64,000 bases of DNA from Raillietiella orientalis (GCA_036172245.1 JAYWIR010000044.1:1488001-1552000); one strand, 5' to 3'; shown: positions 1 to 15,593, counted from the stretch's first letter. Program-made: numbers and translations. The notes: generated by a model from the sequence alone, not told the origin.

Positions 1-3000
1 AAAAAGAATATCACGATAAATGGATTCACGGGGATATCGTTCATCGCCAATACTGTCCGCAGTCTTCTTCATGTTGGTAGCTAAGCGAATTGCTTCATCA
101 AAATCTCTCCACTGAATGCATTCAATGATACTGACTAGATGACTACGGAAAAAAACATGCATGCAGAAGGCAAAACAAGAGCTCACATGCGACAGTCCAG
201 CTGCTGATCAGCAAGCAAGGCATCAACTAAAGGAGAAGTTGGATAACGCGTTTGCCAAAGAACATGCAATGGCTCCTTTTCATTATGCAACAATCGATTG
301 TCCCAACAAGTACGTACTACTGCAGAACCAATATCTAGATTTTGCTGTTTATGCACCAAAGATGGAAGATGTGACCAGACACCGATTCGCGAAAAAATCC
401 AAACCAGATTCCAATAAAGAATAGGATGGCACTCCACAAACATGACATCTAGTAAGACTGAGTGTCCTTCTGACTGGAGCACATTCTCCAATTCTCGGCG
501 CAATACTAATGGACTTAAATATGGAACACAACAGGGTTGCACATCAGTGAAAGTTTTCTGCTTTGACTGATTGGCTCCACCGCTATGTACCCAAGCAGTC
601 AGGTGCGGTACGGTGGAAACACCACAGACACGACAACGGGTATTCAAATTGGAATCATCAGCAGACCATGCTGCCATTACTTCTTCATCATACAATATCA
701 CGCTACAATGACTGCAACAACAAGTGGATGTCATTTCCAGTTCTAGAATGGGTTTTGAATCAGGTGTCGATAGTCCATATTTGTCCAAAGGCAGGGGTAG
801 GATAAACTGTGAGCTGTGGCCTATGTGTCATAATTACATGGATGTACTGAGGTACACTAACTTACACAACATATCTTCAAGACCATCATTCAGGATGGAG
901 TAATCTTCTTCACATGACAACTTGTCAGATGAACCCATTAAAGACCAAGATTCATTCAAAGAACGGTTAGGAGTGCTGATGCTTCCCTTGAGCTCATCAA
1001 GTCGCTTATACATACTGCTGGCTGCCTGCCGAACTCTCTCTTGAAGAGCCTCTTTGCGTGGTGTCAGATTGTAAGGGCTAATAGAGGAGAAATTCCATGA
1101 ATTAGGACAAAAAAGGGAGCATATTCACCTGAGAGCTAAATTACGGAAACTTTCCGACAGTGACTCCAGTCCAGCTTTGACTGAGCAGCATAAAGCACTC
1201 CCAAGATCAGGAGCGGAACCTTTGCGAGCTGAAGTGGATTTGGAAGGCAGTTTTTCATTTTCTTCAAAATCACAAAACAGTTTAGGCTCCAAAGAAGCAT
1301 CACATTCAGAAATATGCTTAGAGCTAATTGGATTGTCATGTTTCACGCTACTTTGTGATCTGGAGAAAGCACCCAGTGGATCATCAGCCACAACCAAGGT
1401 AAAGGATGGAGTTGAGGGAGGGTTAGATTTATGGTGGCTACGAAAAGTTAGTGAGCTGCGCAGCTTGTGAAACCTCTGGAATCGAGAAGGAGACTTAGGT
1501 AATGGAGAATCTGCTTGATCGTCTTTTTCTTTACATCCATTGCTGCCAGCTTGTAACATGGTGGATTCTTCAGGCAGGGTAGAACTATTTGGCATCTCAT
1601 GCCTCAAGCGAATCAAATTGCTTGGCAATTCCACAATGAGCACTCTACACATGCTGGAGCTCACCTATGACGTTCTCGTTGAACATAATTATTGAAACTC
1701 ATGCTACGACTCTGAGGAAAGTGACGTCCAGCATCAACTTTGCCATGGCTGGTGATAAGGACACTGCCTGGAGCTATCTGGCTTCCAGAAATTCCTAAAT
1801 TCCCAAATTCTTACCAGCTACTTGCAAACTGCAAATATTAGTCACACTGCACACTTTGGCTAAGTTTCCAGTACGCAGTTTGGAAGCATCAGATTCACTT
1901 TTTTCAGAATCTAACTTTAAGGTTTGATGTTTGGCTGCAAAGCAATGTTACCCACTGTACATAAGGGGACAACCTACTTATCTCTGGGGACAATTGCATT
2001 CTTATCTCCGTATTTTGATCTAGGAAACAAAGAAGAAGAGCCAAAAACAATAACATGCTCCTAAAGACATTCATTACCTGCTGCACTTTGGGGAGACTCC
2101 ATTGACACCTCAGCACGATTTCTATTTGCATTAGTCGTAGATCGAAAGCAAGTGACAGCTCGAATTACATTCCGTAAGCGTGTCCACGAAGGACTGCGAG
2201 GCCATTTTGCTTCCAGGACAACACGATTGTAATGACCGTATGTAATAGCACTGGGGATTACTCCCCGCCGACGCATTTCAAACAACAAACGAACTGCCAA
2301 TACAGGCTGCGAATACACCTGACACAATTGCATGCAAACTCGGTAACAGTATTCTTCCGGAGCATCTTGAAAATTTTCCAAATGTAGGAGAACATCCATG
2401 GCAAGCTGTAAAACTGATGCTGCATGAGATACTCCCATACTCTCCACAAATGCTGGTAAGATACTAAACCAGATGCTGAAGCAAGTAGATAACAGAAAAT
2501 GGGCCCAATGTGGAGCACTCTGTGCACACTGATGAGCCATCTTTTGAGCCATGCGTAACTCATGCTTAGAACGCTGCACAAATGGTGAGCTAACTAACTT
2601 CACAGCAGCCTTATTTGATAACTGGGTGTTGCATTTGAATAACTGTGCATTGATACTGGATACTCCTTGAGGATAACTATATAGTGCATCTGTGGGCAGT
2701 CCTCCTAAGTCCGGTAGCAGGACAAGCACTGTCCTTTCACTGGAAGGCTGCTCAATAGGTTTGGTATTTGGCAACTGCCCTGCACACTCATCAAAAAAAG
2801 TCAGAGAGACTTGCTTAGCACCAGCAAAGGATCTTTCTTCCAAAAATCGTATAAACAACTGCGTCCGAAGAAGCATTTTGTAAAACGATTGAGCATGTTT
2901 TTCACGAGATTTCAAAAATGCAGCATTATCAAAAAGCGCACTTCGGTCAAGATTAGAAACTCTTGTCATGGGTTTTAGATAAGACCGATACCCCTCCAAA

Positions 3001-5007
3001 ATGGCAGCCATGAAGTGCAAGAATGCTCGCTGAATATCTAATTCCAAAGCCTGTTCTCGGTGGCGAAGGCGCAGTTCCAAGTCCATATCATCCACCTGAG
3101 TAGATCGAGGAGGTATCTGACACATCATTCGCTCATATAAACGTTCAAGGTTTACACGTAAATTCTTGGCAGCTTTCTTGGGAAGGAGTTTATTGCTCAA
3201 TCCTTTACGTTCCAAACAACTAAGAATAACATATTAGTATTAGGTATGTTGGATTACACTACTAACAGAAATATGGTTTGTGTATCAAGATCTATAAAAT
3301 TGACATCCTCTGGAGGTTCATACATATCAAAATACCGGGAATCAACTCCTACCAGGAAAGGTACTGGAGCAGTTAGAATCTCACAAAGTGCTAATGGACA
3401 TAGGGGGATGTAAGGACACTGCCAGCGGAATGGAAATATCATCTAAAAGGACTAATGATTGCAGTGTATACACAAGCTACTTACCATTGTCATTGCTTCA
3501 GCAACAGCCGTTAGGACTGAAGGACGCAAGGAATGCAATAAGACTTTCTGTTCTGTAAGAACAAGGAACAGTGCTAACAAACAGAGATCAGGTCCCAGAT
3601 TTTGCAGCAGTGTGCGGAATGATGATGCACTACAAAACCAGGGCTTCTTTGTTAGAATCCTAATTTCCTACCTGAAAGGAAATGGAGTGTCTTCGGGTCG
3701 AATAAGAGTGAGATGTATATCAGTGTCAAGTTGAACAAGGACGTGTGGGCGTTGAACAGATGGGAAGGGAACTTCAACCATAAAATGCTCCACCAAATAT
3801 TCCAGAGGAATTGTATGTGGACCTGTATGCAACTGTTTGTGTAAATATAAAAGGAAGCGCTCAAAAGTATCAAAAAATGGCCAATGTGAAAGAAAACAAA
3901 GAGCTCTGCTAGTATGCAGAGAAACTTGGTCATTTCTCTCAGATGACAAATTTAAATCAAGCCTTTGTTGAGCTAATAACTGTTCCCAATCAAACGGTTC
4001 ATAGAACATAATGCTAGCACCATACACTTTCTCCACTTTTTCAATTTCGTCCGTAACAGTAAGTGCAAACGTAGAAAACAAGGGTGGAGGATTGCAGGCA
4101 CTTGATGGCCATACCTCAATAGTAGCTCCCATTGGCAGGCAAAAGAGGGATACCGATTCTGGGAGCGGAAAATCTGAATGCTGCAATTGGGGATGATACA
4201 TCAAAATTCCTGAAAAATATAACAATGAAAGCAACAGTACATTATATCAAAATAGACAAACATACCTGGCTTATAGGAGAGGGTTTGTGGCCGAAACACA
4301 GATTTCTTGTAGCAGATGTATACATCAGATCCAAGAACTCCTTTATTGAGATTCTTGCCTATCATGCAATATGAATGAGGAGGTTCTTCTCCTGCACTGG
4401 TAATGATTACACAGATGTCACTGACTATAAGCTCATGACATGGATGATTTTGAGTTGCTCTTCTATATGTCAAGAAAACTCCAGATCCGGAATTGCTCAC
4501 ATTTGCAGGTCTCCCATAAGGAGTTGAATGCAGCAATTCTGCATCAGCCATCACCTTTTCTTTATCTTCATACAAAACGCTACATGAAGAAACAATCAAG
4601 GATAAATTTCGACCAAACAGAGGCACTGCTCACCCAATATCTTGAAGAGGAGGTTTCTTGCCTCCCCTTCTATAGCATAAGAACGCATCCGGAGTTCTTG
4701 GACTGCCATGATTCAAATTTGCTGACCAGCCTAAAATTACATTCTATAGCATCACATGCACCAGTTGCAGGAAAAGTGAATTTCATGCATAGACAAGATA
4801 TACACCTGCAGGAGTGGTATCAATGCAAGTGAATCCCTCAGGTGGCAGTTCTCCCAAAGATTTGAAAATAACAGCAATATCAGTGATCGGATTCAGTTGT
4901 GGTGTGCTTTTTGGAGTCAAAGGATCTTTGCAGAGATTTGGAAGCGACTCCAATTTGGGAGGAAGCCCACATATCACAAAATAATCAGCAATCCTTTGTG
5001 GCTGCAT
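1..5007 (-). CDS. DENND4: DENN domain-containing protein 4 (DENND4/Crag-like Rab GEF), multi-exon, 3' end outside the window
   Basis: Spliced minus-strand ORFs give the family architecture: [11 protein letters not shown]-terminus, MABP region ([32 protein letters not shown]), uDENN ([16 protein letters not shown]), DENN ([21 protein letters not shown]), dDENN ([12 protein letters not shown]), PPR motif ([27 protein letters not shown]) and C-terminal [20 protein letters not shown]...[12 protein letters not shown]. Introns are ~50-75 bp GT-AG; not every exon boundary was resolved. Confidence 0.93.
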
Positions 5008-8000
5008 TCCATGGATTAACTATAAAATCAATAGATAAGAGCACATACACGTAAATGTCATGAGAAAATACAAATGTCAAACACTCTATTATAAGTATGA
5101 GAATGATTTTATAGAAATAAACTGAAAAGAGGAAAGCTGGCACTACGGATATAAGAAATGTTATTAGAAATCACAGATAGTTTAAAGCAGTGGGCCAAAT
5201 GAAAAAAATCAAACAATGACACATGGAAGAACATGATAAATCAATAACATAAAATCAAATGAATTCAGGAGAGAAAAGGAGAAGTTCTGTGTGGTATACA
5301 GAGAACTTTAGCGAATTTAAAAAATTCAACTGAGTTCCAGGAATTGACAATTATGGTTCCGGAAAATGAAAGTACCACACTCGGAGAAATTCTTTTAAAC
5401 CATGCAATGAGAAACATGAGATTTGAGACCTTGCAGTTAAATATATCCATAAATACGAAATATATTGCTTTACATTTAATGCAACATTTAACAGAAAACC
5501 ACTAGGCTACATGTGGCTGCCATTTAAAGTTTGAAGGCAAAAAAAATGAAACTGAAAGAAGAGACAAAGGACTCATGAGGCAAACAAATCAATAATCAAG
5601 AAAATGTTGGATACATTACTACATGTCTGCAAATGAAATTTTTTTAAATGCTAGACTTGCTAACAATAAGAATCATGACAATCCCTGTAACTCCTCACTT
5701 CCAGAGAGCCTTCCAGAGAGCTTCCCAGTCAGCCATTCTTCAATAAGTAAAAGAGAACTTTCGAAATTCTAACATCTAAACTTCAAACTGCCCAAAAATT
5801 ACAATATAATATCGTAACATTGGTAAATATACACGGTATCACGAAAGTTTTCTCAAAAACTTTGACTATAGGGTGAGCAGCAAAAACATTAAAAAATTTA
5901 ATAACTTTTACAATGCACTGAACCTCTCAAAATCTACCAAAATTAACCTAGCAACATTTTCAAACACAAAAGAATGAACTATCACTGTCAACTCAATAGG
6001 ATCTTCAACAGGTTTCACACGAAAAATTGTCATCCGAAATTCCGGAGCTGATCTGCTGATGTGGAAAATCAGTAAAAGAAGAGAAAAAATTTTTTTTTAA
6101 AGGCTGCACTGCTGCCACCTAATGTAATATTCCTATAATATTAAAAATAGGTAAGCAGTCATTACATCGATAAAAGCAGTACCTAGAATAATCAACATTT
6201 GGGTTAAACATTATGCATGTATGAAGCCAGCAAAGTGTGCAACAAAGTTTTCAAATTACGAAAATCAGCTTTCCCCAGAAGAAATGTTTCTCACTTCTCT
6301 CATACACTTCCAACTCCCTTTTTACTGCTCATCTATAAAATTATCACTTCTCTCATGCAAGCAGCATCAGGAGATGTGCATTTGGTTCCAAGAATTAACA
6401 AAAGCACTCAATAATAAGCACTGAACAGTTTCTCATCCCTTAGACAAAAAAAACTGAAAATCGAATGATGACTTTATAAGATATGAATGAAATGAAACAT
6501 GCTTGATCATAACTTCACAAAGCTTTCTTTAAAAAAATATTAACTTCAGAAAATTGCTGATAATGCAAATCCATACTTTCCTGGCCTGTGCTGTTTTCAC
6601 AAACTGTCATTGCAAAGAAACAAATTGGAGAGAGAAAGAAAGAAACACAGAAGACTTCATGCAACTATCTAGCTGTCTGACTTGAATAAGACCCCCACCT
6701 TCGAGTAATACTATTAATGGAGCTTTTAATGAATACTGAAAAAAGGCAAATCAATCGACAACCCACAATAAACTTAAGTATTTTATTTTAATCCAGAACA
6801 CTGAAAAATATTTTCTGCTTTGCAGCACAAGATACAAATAATTTGTACTTAAAATAAAATAATGCACTACAAACACAAAAGGAAATTCAAAATCATAAAA
6901 GAACAGATGCCATGACGAAAGGGCAAATAACGAATTCAATAACTGGTTCAATAAGTAAAACAGAAAAAATATAGCAAAATCCATCATTTATAACGAAAAA
7001 TAATTTTCACACAATCGATTCCCATTAAAAAAAAAAGAAAAAAATTCCTATGTATTAGACATGTATGTATGAGTCACAAATGGACTGCCTGGGATTCACA
7101 GTCTTAAGATCGTAATTAAACAGTTGTATGCTGTCACAGAACTATCCCCTAGTGCTGGAAGCAATGACAAGTACATTACAAATAACATCAATATTAACCA
7201 GTTAGCTGTTAATGCAATTTATACAAACAAGGAAGATATATATACATAGCAAGAGAAAACACCTGAAAATTTTTTTATTTTGTAAAATGGATTCATTCAA
7301 AGTACAAGTAAAGTGCCATTAAGACACTAATCCACGTGCTCAATCTGACACTCAAAATAATTAATATTTCCTTACCATGTAACACAATATTTCCAAAACA
7401 ATTCTCCCATCTCACTTTCTTGATGATTTATTTAGGCACTCATATCTACCACACACACAAAAAATAACATTAACATCAAAATTAATTCAAAACTTGTATT
7501 TCATAATTACAAGAATATCAGTAAATTCAAACATCAAATACATGCTAACCAAGCATCTGCAAGCTCATACAGAATTTTTTTTGGTCAACAGATGAATATC
7601 TTATAAGCTATTACAACAAAGACTATGCACAAATAGTTAATTGAATATGGATAGCAACATAACAAGCCCATAAAAGCTGTAGTACCCACACTTGCAATCC
7701 CATACAAAATTTCTCTATAAAATAAAATGTCTGAACAAAAGCACAATAAAAAAATATGCAAACTAAATTTGAATTCGAGAAAATAAAGGAAATGACTAAA
7801 ATACCTAAGCCTTCTTTTAAATACAAAGCCACTTCTGATAAGATGCAACTGCATCAGTGGAGAAAAAAAAAAAAACACGTAGATTTCAACTGAGCTTTTA
7901 ACATTCTGATCCAAGTTTTTGAAACACCATATACAATATATAGAGTTTTAACAGTATCAACATTCCGAAACACAGATTATTTGAAATCCACCATGAACTT

Positions 8001-11000
8001 CTGTCAGTGCAAAATAACCTCAGTACAATTACTCTAGGAAATAATACTGGATCAAGCAAAACACCTGAAAAACAAGACTTTTTAATAGACTAAAAAAACA
8101 AATGATTATAACTGATTAACATAATTGCTACTGTAGTCTGAATACAGACTTCCACTACTTCTGATAGATGCCCTATTTCAGTTCAAATTGAAACATCTGC
8201 CTGAAACAACTTCCAATTTTTCATAAAGCAATTGAAAATCACAGACAAAATAAAAGGCAATTGAAAACTACTTTGCATACATCACTAGTTATCAGATCAA
8301 ACTGAGGCATAATAAAAAATGTGAAAAGTCAAGTTCAACAAATGCAACTCCTTATACAAGTTAAATATTCTCTAAACAAAATTTAAAATTTTCACCATCG
8401 ACACAGTTTACATGTTGAGTTGCAGCATGGTGGAAGTACTTAGCATTTAGGCAAACATTGCCCTCATGACAAAAAAATGAAGCCAATTATCAACTCTTTT
8501 AGTAATTTTTTTCCCATAATGAACTCTATTCTTTGCAAACTAGAATCTTTTTCCTATTTCGGTGCTTGACAATGTCTTTAATTCATTGTAAGCTAATCAA
8601 AGTTATCTGTTATCCATCTAATATGCACCCTTGAATTCAAAATCATAAATCTTAAAAAAATACTTTTGTCAACTTTCTATATTATCAAAAATTTTCAGTC
8701 ATAAGCTTATGAAATTCTAACAACAGGTTACATATGAAATGTTGGTTTCAGACTAGGAAAATCTACTTTGCAACCATGAGTTAATAATCAGAAGAATCTG
8801 TTCCCAGGATGCAAGTTTTCCCTATTCTTTATAACATCATGTACATACTCTGTAGTCATTCATTACACTGTTCATCCCAAATACCAGATATCCTGAAAGA
8901 TATTAAAAATCTGTTGCGAACCAAACAATGAACGGGGAATAAAACGCTTTGTTTGTTTGAAGTTTGAAATGATCTAAATGAAGCTGATGCAAATTTAGGT
9001 CATAACTTAAAACAGAAGTGTCTACTAAACAGTTTATACTCAGACAGAGATCATGAACATAGAGAGTAGATTCAAATGCACAACAGCATCTGCTCATAAT
9101 TTAAGTTCCAAATTACGAGTGAGATATGGGAAGGAAATTGTAAAAATTGGAAGCAGAAATCATTAGCAATGTAATGGAAACAAAAACTCATACCAGAAAA
9201 CATTTTGTGAGAAAAAATGCAATCACGGAGAAATCTAATTTATGCTGTCTCTTATAAAGCAATCTGATATTACTTGAATATGAAAACACAAGTTTTAGCA
9301 AATACAGAATAATAGAAGATACCCATTACACTTATACCTAACACAACACAATCATACTATTCAACAAAACAAAAATGTGACACTACATCAATTCTTCAAT
9401 GAGAAGCTTGAGCTTTAATAGAAGCCTAAATTTTTTAGTAAGCCAAAAATGAAAATGCGAAATTTGAGAAATACAATGTTTAAGTTTTCAACTGAAGTAC
9501 CAATACGTACTTTAGTCCTTAAAAGAAGTTCCAGTTCTACTTTACCAAATGATCAAAAACTTCAAAAAGCTCCATTCCACAATAAATGTACTACAAGCAC
9601 ACTTTTCACTTAAATCAACTGCCAAAAAAAACATTAGATGGAAATCCTTCACATGCCATGGGGGGGGGGGGAAGAAGTGTAACTCCCCATGAACAAAATA
9701 ACTCCACAAAAAAGGTTGAGTCTACAGAATTTACAGCCTTATTGATACCTAAAGTTCTTAAAAAATACCTAAGAAATTCACTTTGGGATCATCAAATGTT
9801 CTTAATATATTTTCTGTTATTCCAAAGTTTATAATATACATGATACCCACTAGAAAAAGGGAAAACATGCAAAACAGTAGAACCATGAGAACTCATTTAG
9901 GAATGCAATGCATTTTACAACTTGCTGCAATAAATTGCTGGTTGTTAAATGGAAAAATAGACAAGCATTAAACTCCTTACAAAAATCAAAAGTCAATACA
10001 ATTCCATTAGTTCGAGGATACCCATCTATAAAGACAAATTAAGACCCACGAAAAGATGAACTGCTAGAGATTACGGGGAAGAATTGATGTTAACTTGCAC
10101 CCCTGAAACTATTGGCATGGATATGCACACAAGCAACACCAAATGGAAATATGATGGACACCACTTTTACTCAGCTTATAAAACAAAAGTGATCGCCATA
10201 AACAATCGCTGTTTGACAAAAACACAAAAATAATAAAACAATTCGATGCACGATTCCAAATATTAAAAAGTTAATGGGCACAAAGTGATGCTAGATTTGT
10301 TTATGGATATGGATATGCTATTGCATATATGTTTTGAAATCATTACATCAGGGGCAGCATTCTAACTCTTTAACTTTTCCAGTCTTGCTCTAACTACTTC
10401 CAATGCTCCATAAAAGGTTATGCGATGTGAAATGTGAAGACGAAAATATGTCCAAGACACTCCAAAATGCAGCATTTCATTGAAAACAACCACCAATCAA
10501 AAATTCCCATTTGATACCAATTGACTGAAAAATTTCATATCGAGGTGACAACTAAACAAAATACAACTGGTCATATAATCAAAGTTATTTTATCCTTCCT
10601 CACACAGCAAGTTGGTAACGTTGAATGTCACAGTTTTTCAATATATTACATTTAATAGCTGAAACACATACGGAATGGCCCCTAACTGACTTAAAACTGA
10701 ATTTAGATTCTTAAACATATTGAACTTGTCTGTGAAGTTGCAGCTTATGGTGACCAAAAGCACTATGAAACTTCCTACTTCAACTACACAAACACTGGGG
10801 TTGAGAAACGTGTATAAGAAAAAAAATGAATTGCAAAAACAAATTCGTGGACACATATTATGTTTGATGCTTAAACTGTGCCTACAAATCAATTTTTCCA
10901 GTTTAAAAAAAATTGTTCTCATTTTAATCGTTTTAGGCGTTTAGGCTGTTCCTTGGAGAGAGCGGGGGAGAGAGAAAGAGAGAACTTGTCACTATAGCAT

Positions 11001-11893
11001 CTTTTAAATTTAAATTACAAAAAATTACTTCGGCTCAAACAAAAGAATTCGTGCTCGTCCACGAATCCAATTTTTTCCCAGATCTCCAATCCTAACTAAC
11101 ACAACCTGACAAGCAACCTGGCAAGACCACATACCTGACCAGCGAATTCGCAAAAACTCAAGAATTGATGCAGAAGTGAGGTGAAACTTTGCAATCTGCC
11201 CGATCAGAAAACCCTCGAGCACTATGTATTGCACTATAAGTGCCGTCACTTTATCGTTTCCGAGATAAGATTACATTACGGCCATGCTGCAGACGAAAGG
11301 AACGTACTTGAACCCTAGGTTTTTTTTTTTTTTTTTTTTCCTTTCCCTTCCAGGTGTTCTGTGTGTCACACGTGGAACAGCCATGCAACTCATACCGTGC
11401 AGCTTGCTGAAGACCCGAATCCCTCTCTGGCTAACCCGACGCAGTGACGGTGTCCGTCGAAACACCCAAATCCCACAGAACACCGACTGCTTGCTGGTGA
11501 TCTTCAAGGGACGTGACCTTGAAGTGGCACCCCTCCAGCTGGTGAACCATCAAAACACGTACGAAAGAGCCCTCAGAGTGATCACGACACATCAGCGGTC
11601 GAAAACCATCCTGCTGGTGGATGCATTCCTTTTTTTTCCTTTCCAACTCACCAGCACTCGCAGTTAGCAAGCTGAAGAACTCACCACACAACACAAAGCA
11701 ACATACTCTGGGAGACAGAAACCTTTTCTTCCAATGCCATTAGCTTCAAACCACCGAACGATATCCTCAGAGAATGTACATAGGTTAATGTAATGAAGAC
11801 TTTGAAGATTCCAATGCCAGGACAGAAAAAAACTCAAGAACGTGTAACAGATCAATGAGAGAAATACGATCGAGACAACCAACCTAATAGTAA

Positions 11894-12552
11894 AGTACGT
11901 GCATAAAGCACTCCCGTGCAAAGCACACTCCTATGTATCACTGGACACGTGGTAGTGTGGATGCCCTTTGTGACCAGTGCGGGGACAAAGAGACTTTCCC
12001 GCACCTTCTCGTGGACCGCATTGCCCTTCGATTCCTTTGGAATCGTCTTGCGACGATCCTGAAGATTGACGGAGGTGGCCCCAGGCCCAAGCGCCTCTTC
12101 TCGCGTGCCGCCCTGCCTCTGGCCGCGTATGTAGCAGTGCTGTGCTTCATTCGTGGAATCCTGGCGGCATAGAACGCGTCCAGAAGAGGACAGAATGCAA
12201 GAGATGCCATCCACTGGACGCGCATCTTTGTGCGGAACATATCCAGGTGGCCCCACCTGGACGCAAACAGGACGCAGGGATCTTGAACAGGATCTAGGAA
12301 ACCGATCCGCGCGCAATGTGATCCCTACCCCGCCCTCCCCACCGCTAGACAGTTCTCCCTTCCCTACGTTACAGTTTTTGTTTCTTTTTGTTTGTTTTAT
12401 CCCTACCCCCCGCGCAGTGGGTGGACCTCGCCGGTCTTTGCACCGGCAACCAGCAAGTTGCTGTGACATGGTGAACCCTTAGGTTCACCAGGAGAAACTT
12501 TAATTGCCTGTTTATTTTATAAATAAATGTCCCGGCATATCCGGCTGATAGC
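11894..12552 (+). mobile_element. Solo 5'-truncated L1/Tx1-type retrotransposon (ORF2 C-terminus + 3' UTR) with 12-bp TSD
   Basis: HWTRGSVDALCDQCGDKETFPHLL matches the ORF2 C-terminus of the array copies. It ends AATAAATGTCCCGGCATATCCGGCTGATAGC. Direct repeat ACCTAATAGTAA at 11882-11893 and 12553-12564. Confidence 0.9.
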
Positions 12553-12909
12553 ACCTAATAGTAAGAGAAGATACCATATCGGTAGACCGTCGTACTCAAC
12601 GAAAAAAGAAAAACTCAAGAAATGCATTCTCAAAAATCACTGCCGAAAACGCGCACTTTCCGTAGCACATATGAGATATCTCCCCTCCGGGAAATTACAC
12701 TCGAAACCGTCTTAGTCATCTTCCTACAGAAACGAACTTAGATACCGCTACGAATCAGAGAATTCCAGGATCACTGAATCATTCATCAAAACAATAGAAA
12801 TGTAACAAACTTCACAAGCATCATAGCAAAAAGCTGCCACGACTTCCTCTAACAACTAAAACTTGAGAACCAGCATTCAGTTTAAATGTAAAAAAAAAAA
12901 AAAATTGAT

Positions 12910-14950
12910 CTTGCAGGAGATTCCGAATGACACGATGCGTGCCATAGCAACCAAATGACACAAGCAGCAAGCACGGTCCATTTCGTGCATAGCGGAACTG
13001 CTCCGCCGAAGCAACGAAATGGAGTTTTCTGCAGAGCTGCAAGTTCATCGCGAGCAACGTAATGGTCCTCTGAATAGGAAATGAGCCCACTGACAAGCTG
13101 GACCCGGAGGGCTCCCACCTGAACAGTGATCACCGCGGCACCGACAAGAGGAAGAGAAGGCTGCTTTTCCTGCTTGCTGGTCCTTCATTCACCCGCCGTT
13201 CGCATCCCTTAGCCTCAAGCGTGTGGTTCAGGACGGCAGCTCTTACCCAAAATGCTTTCCAGATGCGGATTCGTCCATCCACCTTCCTCCCGCCACTCCT
13301 CGACTGCTGTCTTTCGCCTCCTACGACAGAGCTGCGGCTACAGTGAAGTCTTCTGCATGTTGAGGTGCAATGCGAGAGCAGCGCCTTCTCGTGTGCCATC
13401 GTCGCAACGACTTCAAGCAACACGATGTGAGAAACCTTCCGACATCACGACACGACATTGCAGGAACCTTCCCAACATCTCCAGAAGATTGGAGACCGGA
13501 ACGGACTTCTCGGAAACGAGAGAGCTAAGACCTTCGGGAAGCTACGCAATGGAGAACTACCAGTGCACGAAACTTTTTGAGAAAGGAATGAACGTGCTTT
13601 GAACGTGATGGCAGGAGAACCCAGGAAACCGTCCGCTACGGCCAACACGGAGGACTGAGCTTCGCGTGAGGACGAGAGCCGTTTGCTCCCCCTGAAACTA
13701 AGCGCGCCACCACGCAACTTCACTTTCCTCCCAATCCCCGCTGGCCGCCCGGGAAGCCAGGTCGCGCGCTTCATCTTCCATATCCTTGGATGACCATCTT
13801 CCAGCTCTTCGCACGGGTATCGCATCGCGTAGCTCACGTGTCGGCTCTGCGAGCCGCGCTCGCCGCCTGCGAGGGACTCCTGGCTCGCACAAGGCTACCC
13901 TCGTATGCTGCCGCCGCCGTCGATACCTCCGTGCCCGCCTTTCCAACGTCTTCGCTCCCGTCCGTTTTTGAACCTCCCCCTCCGTCCCGCGCGAAATCCG
14001 TCATCCACGGATGAGAAAACTCATCTGAGGACTTGAGCTCGCAACTCCCTGCGCCCTCGAGGGCTGCGACGTGTAAGCGGACACTCCGGCCTTCCCGAGG
14101 GCCGCTTTCGTCTTTCGGGCTACGCGTGACATTCCTTGTTCGGACATGCGGTTTCAGCGACTAGCGAGAATGCGCTAGGTGGTTGGCGGCCTGCTTCAGT
14201 TCCCACAAGTCGGTCGGTCGGCGAAGATCGAGGCCAAAAACACTTTTCGGCAGGCGGCAACACCAAAGCTGCGACCTTTTCCGTGGTCGCTTCGCTGCCA
14301 GCGGCCACACTCTGCGCAAACACACTGCTCGCTACCACGGGTCTGTCAGGCGGCTCTGTTACCCTCGCTCTGCCGCTGTGAGCATTCCACAGAGTTCTCC
14401 TTATCATCCATCCACGCAATGCTAAAAGCACGAGGAGAAAACAAAGAGTGAGAAGCGGCAAGGAAGACGTGACAGACTGCCGAGTCTATCGATTGCCTCC
14501 TCACGAACTTTGAGATCGGAATCCGAGGAAGGGCAGCCGTCGTTCCTCCTTATCGGAGTAGGAAGACGGATAGTGGGCAAGGGAATGCTCGCAGGGAGGG
14601 CTACGGAAGGAAAACTGCAACAGACGATGAATGCGCACGCTGAAGACCCTGCTAACTGCAACGCTAGCAGTCGTGGGATAAGACTTTTAAAGAACAGGCA
14701 AGCACTACCCAGCTATAGCCAGTTCGCCTTTTAACGTGAAAGAGCGGCATCGGCATTCCGGGAAGCAGCTGAATGGCACTTTCGAGTATGTGCGTCTCCA
14801 CCTTCACACCATTCCACAGGTGATACTTGTTTGCAAGGAAGGCTTCCAAAACGCTTAATATCGCCAACACCATGTTTCGACAAAGGTTGCAGCTTCTTCG
14901 CGGAAACGCAGGACGTTTTGATCCACAGCAATTGAGGCGACAAAGAAGCC
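12910..14950. other. GC-rich decayed sequence, probably old retroelement remnants
   Basis: Abrupt GC rise over the AT-rich background, short broken ORFs, a gag/ORF1-like PSYAAAA motif near 13900 and a KSGIGIP (GGLG-like) motif near 14740. No diagnostic domain. Confidence 0.3.
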
Positions 14951-15593
14951 AGTCCCCTAACAATTTTCAAGTAACCTACTTTGAACACATCCTCATAGAT
15001 GTAAATTCTTGAAGACTAAGGTCTATATTAAAATACTTCCATCAGGCAAACAAAGTAGGCAACGCCTGCTGCTTCCTTCCATTTTTCGGGTTCCAAAGTT
15101 TTTTTACCTTTTGTGACACTTCCCAATTATGTGGCATCTGAAAAATTACCCATTCCATACTTTCATCACAAGTATATTTCTGGCAAATGAAGGTATTGGA
15201 AATGTCAAGCATGTGTTCCGGGCTTTGTTTCCCATTTGGTGAACATATTACAAACACCCTCCTTCCTCCTTATGCCATTGTGCTGGAGTCCACCAGTAAA
15301 TGACAAACAAGTATGCAGCAGCAGTGTCACAGTGCAGCACTGCTGAACAAGGGAATAATGCTCTGCCAAGTAGTTCACATGTAACATTTACAAGTAGCTT
15401 GTATTTGTACAAAACAGAATCACAAGTCAACTCCCCACTTTTGTGAAAACTTTGGAGGGAAAGTTTTCTGGGTGCAACCTCAAAATATGGGTCCAACTCT
15501 CTGGACTGCCAGGAGTATCACACCATATGGGGGGGCATTAATCCAGAAAAGTGAAACTAGTGGCATAGGATCCAAATGAAAAGGCTGCTTGCT

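Noticed and set aside
5008..11000. Short ORFs in the AT-rich region
   Set aside because: Low-complexity F/L/K/I-rich translations with no homology cues; likely intergenic or 5' UTR intron DNA.
11330..11660. Possible tyrosine-recombinase or processed-transcript remnant beside a T run
   Set aside because: Only a vague LGVSTDTVTASG resemblance; no catalytic motif set or TSD was found.
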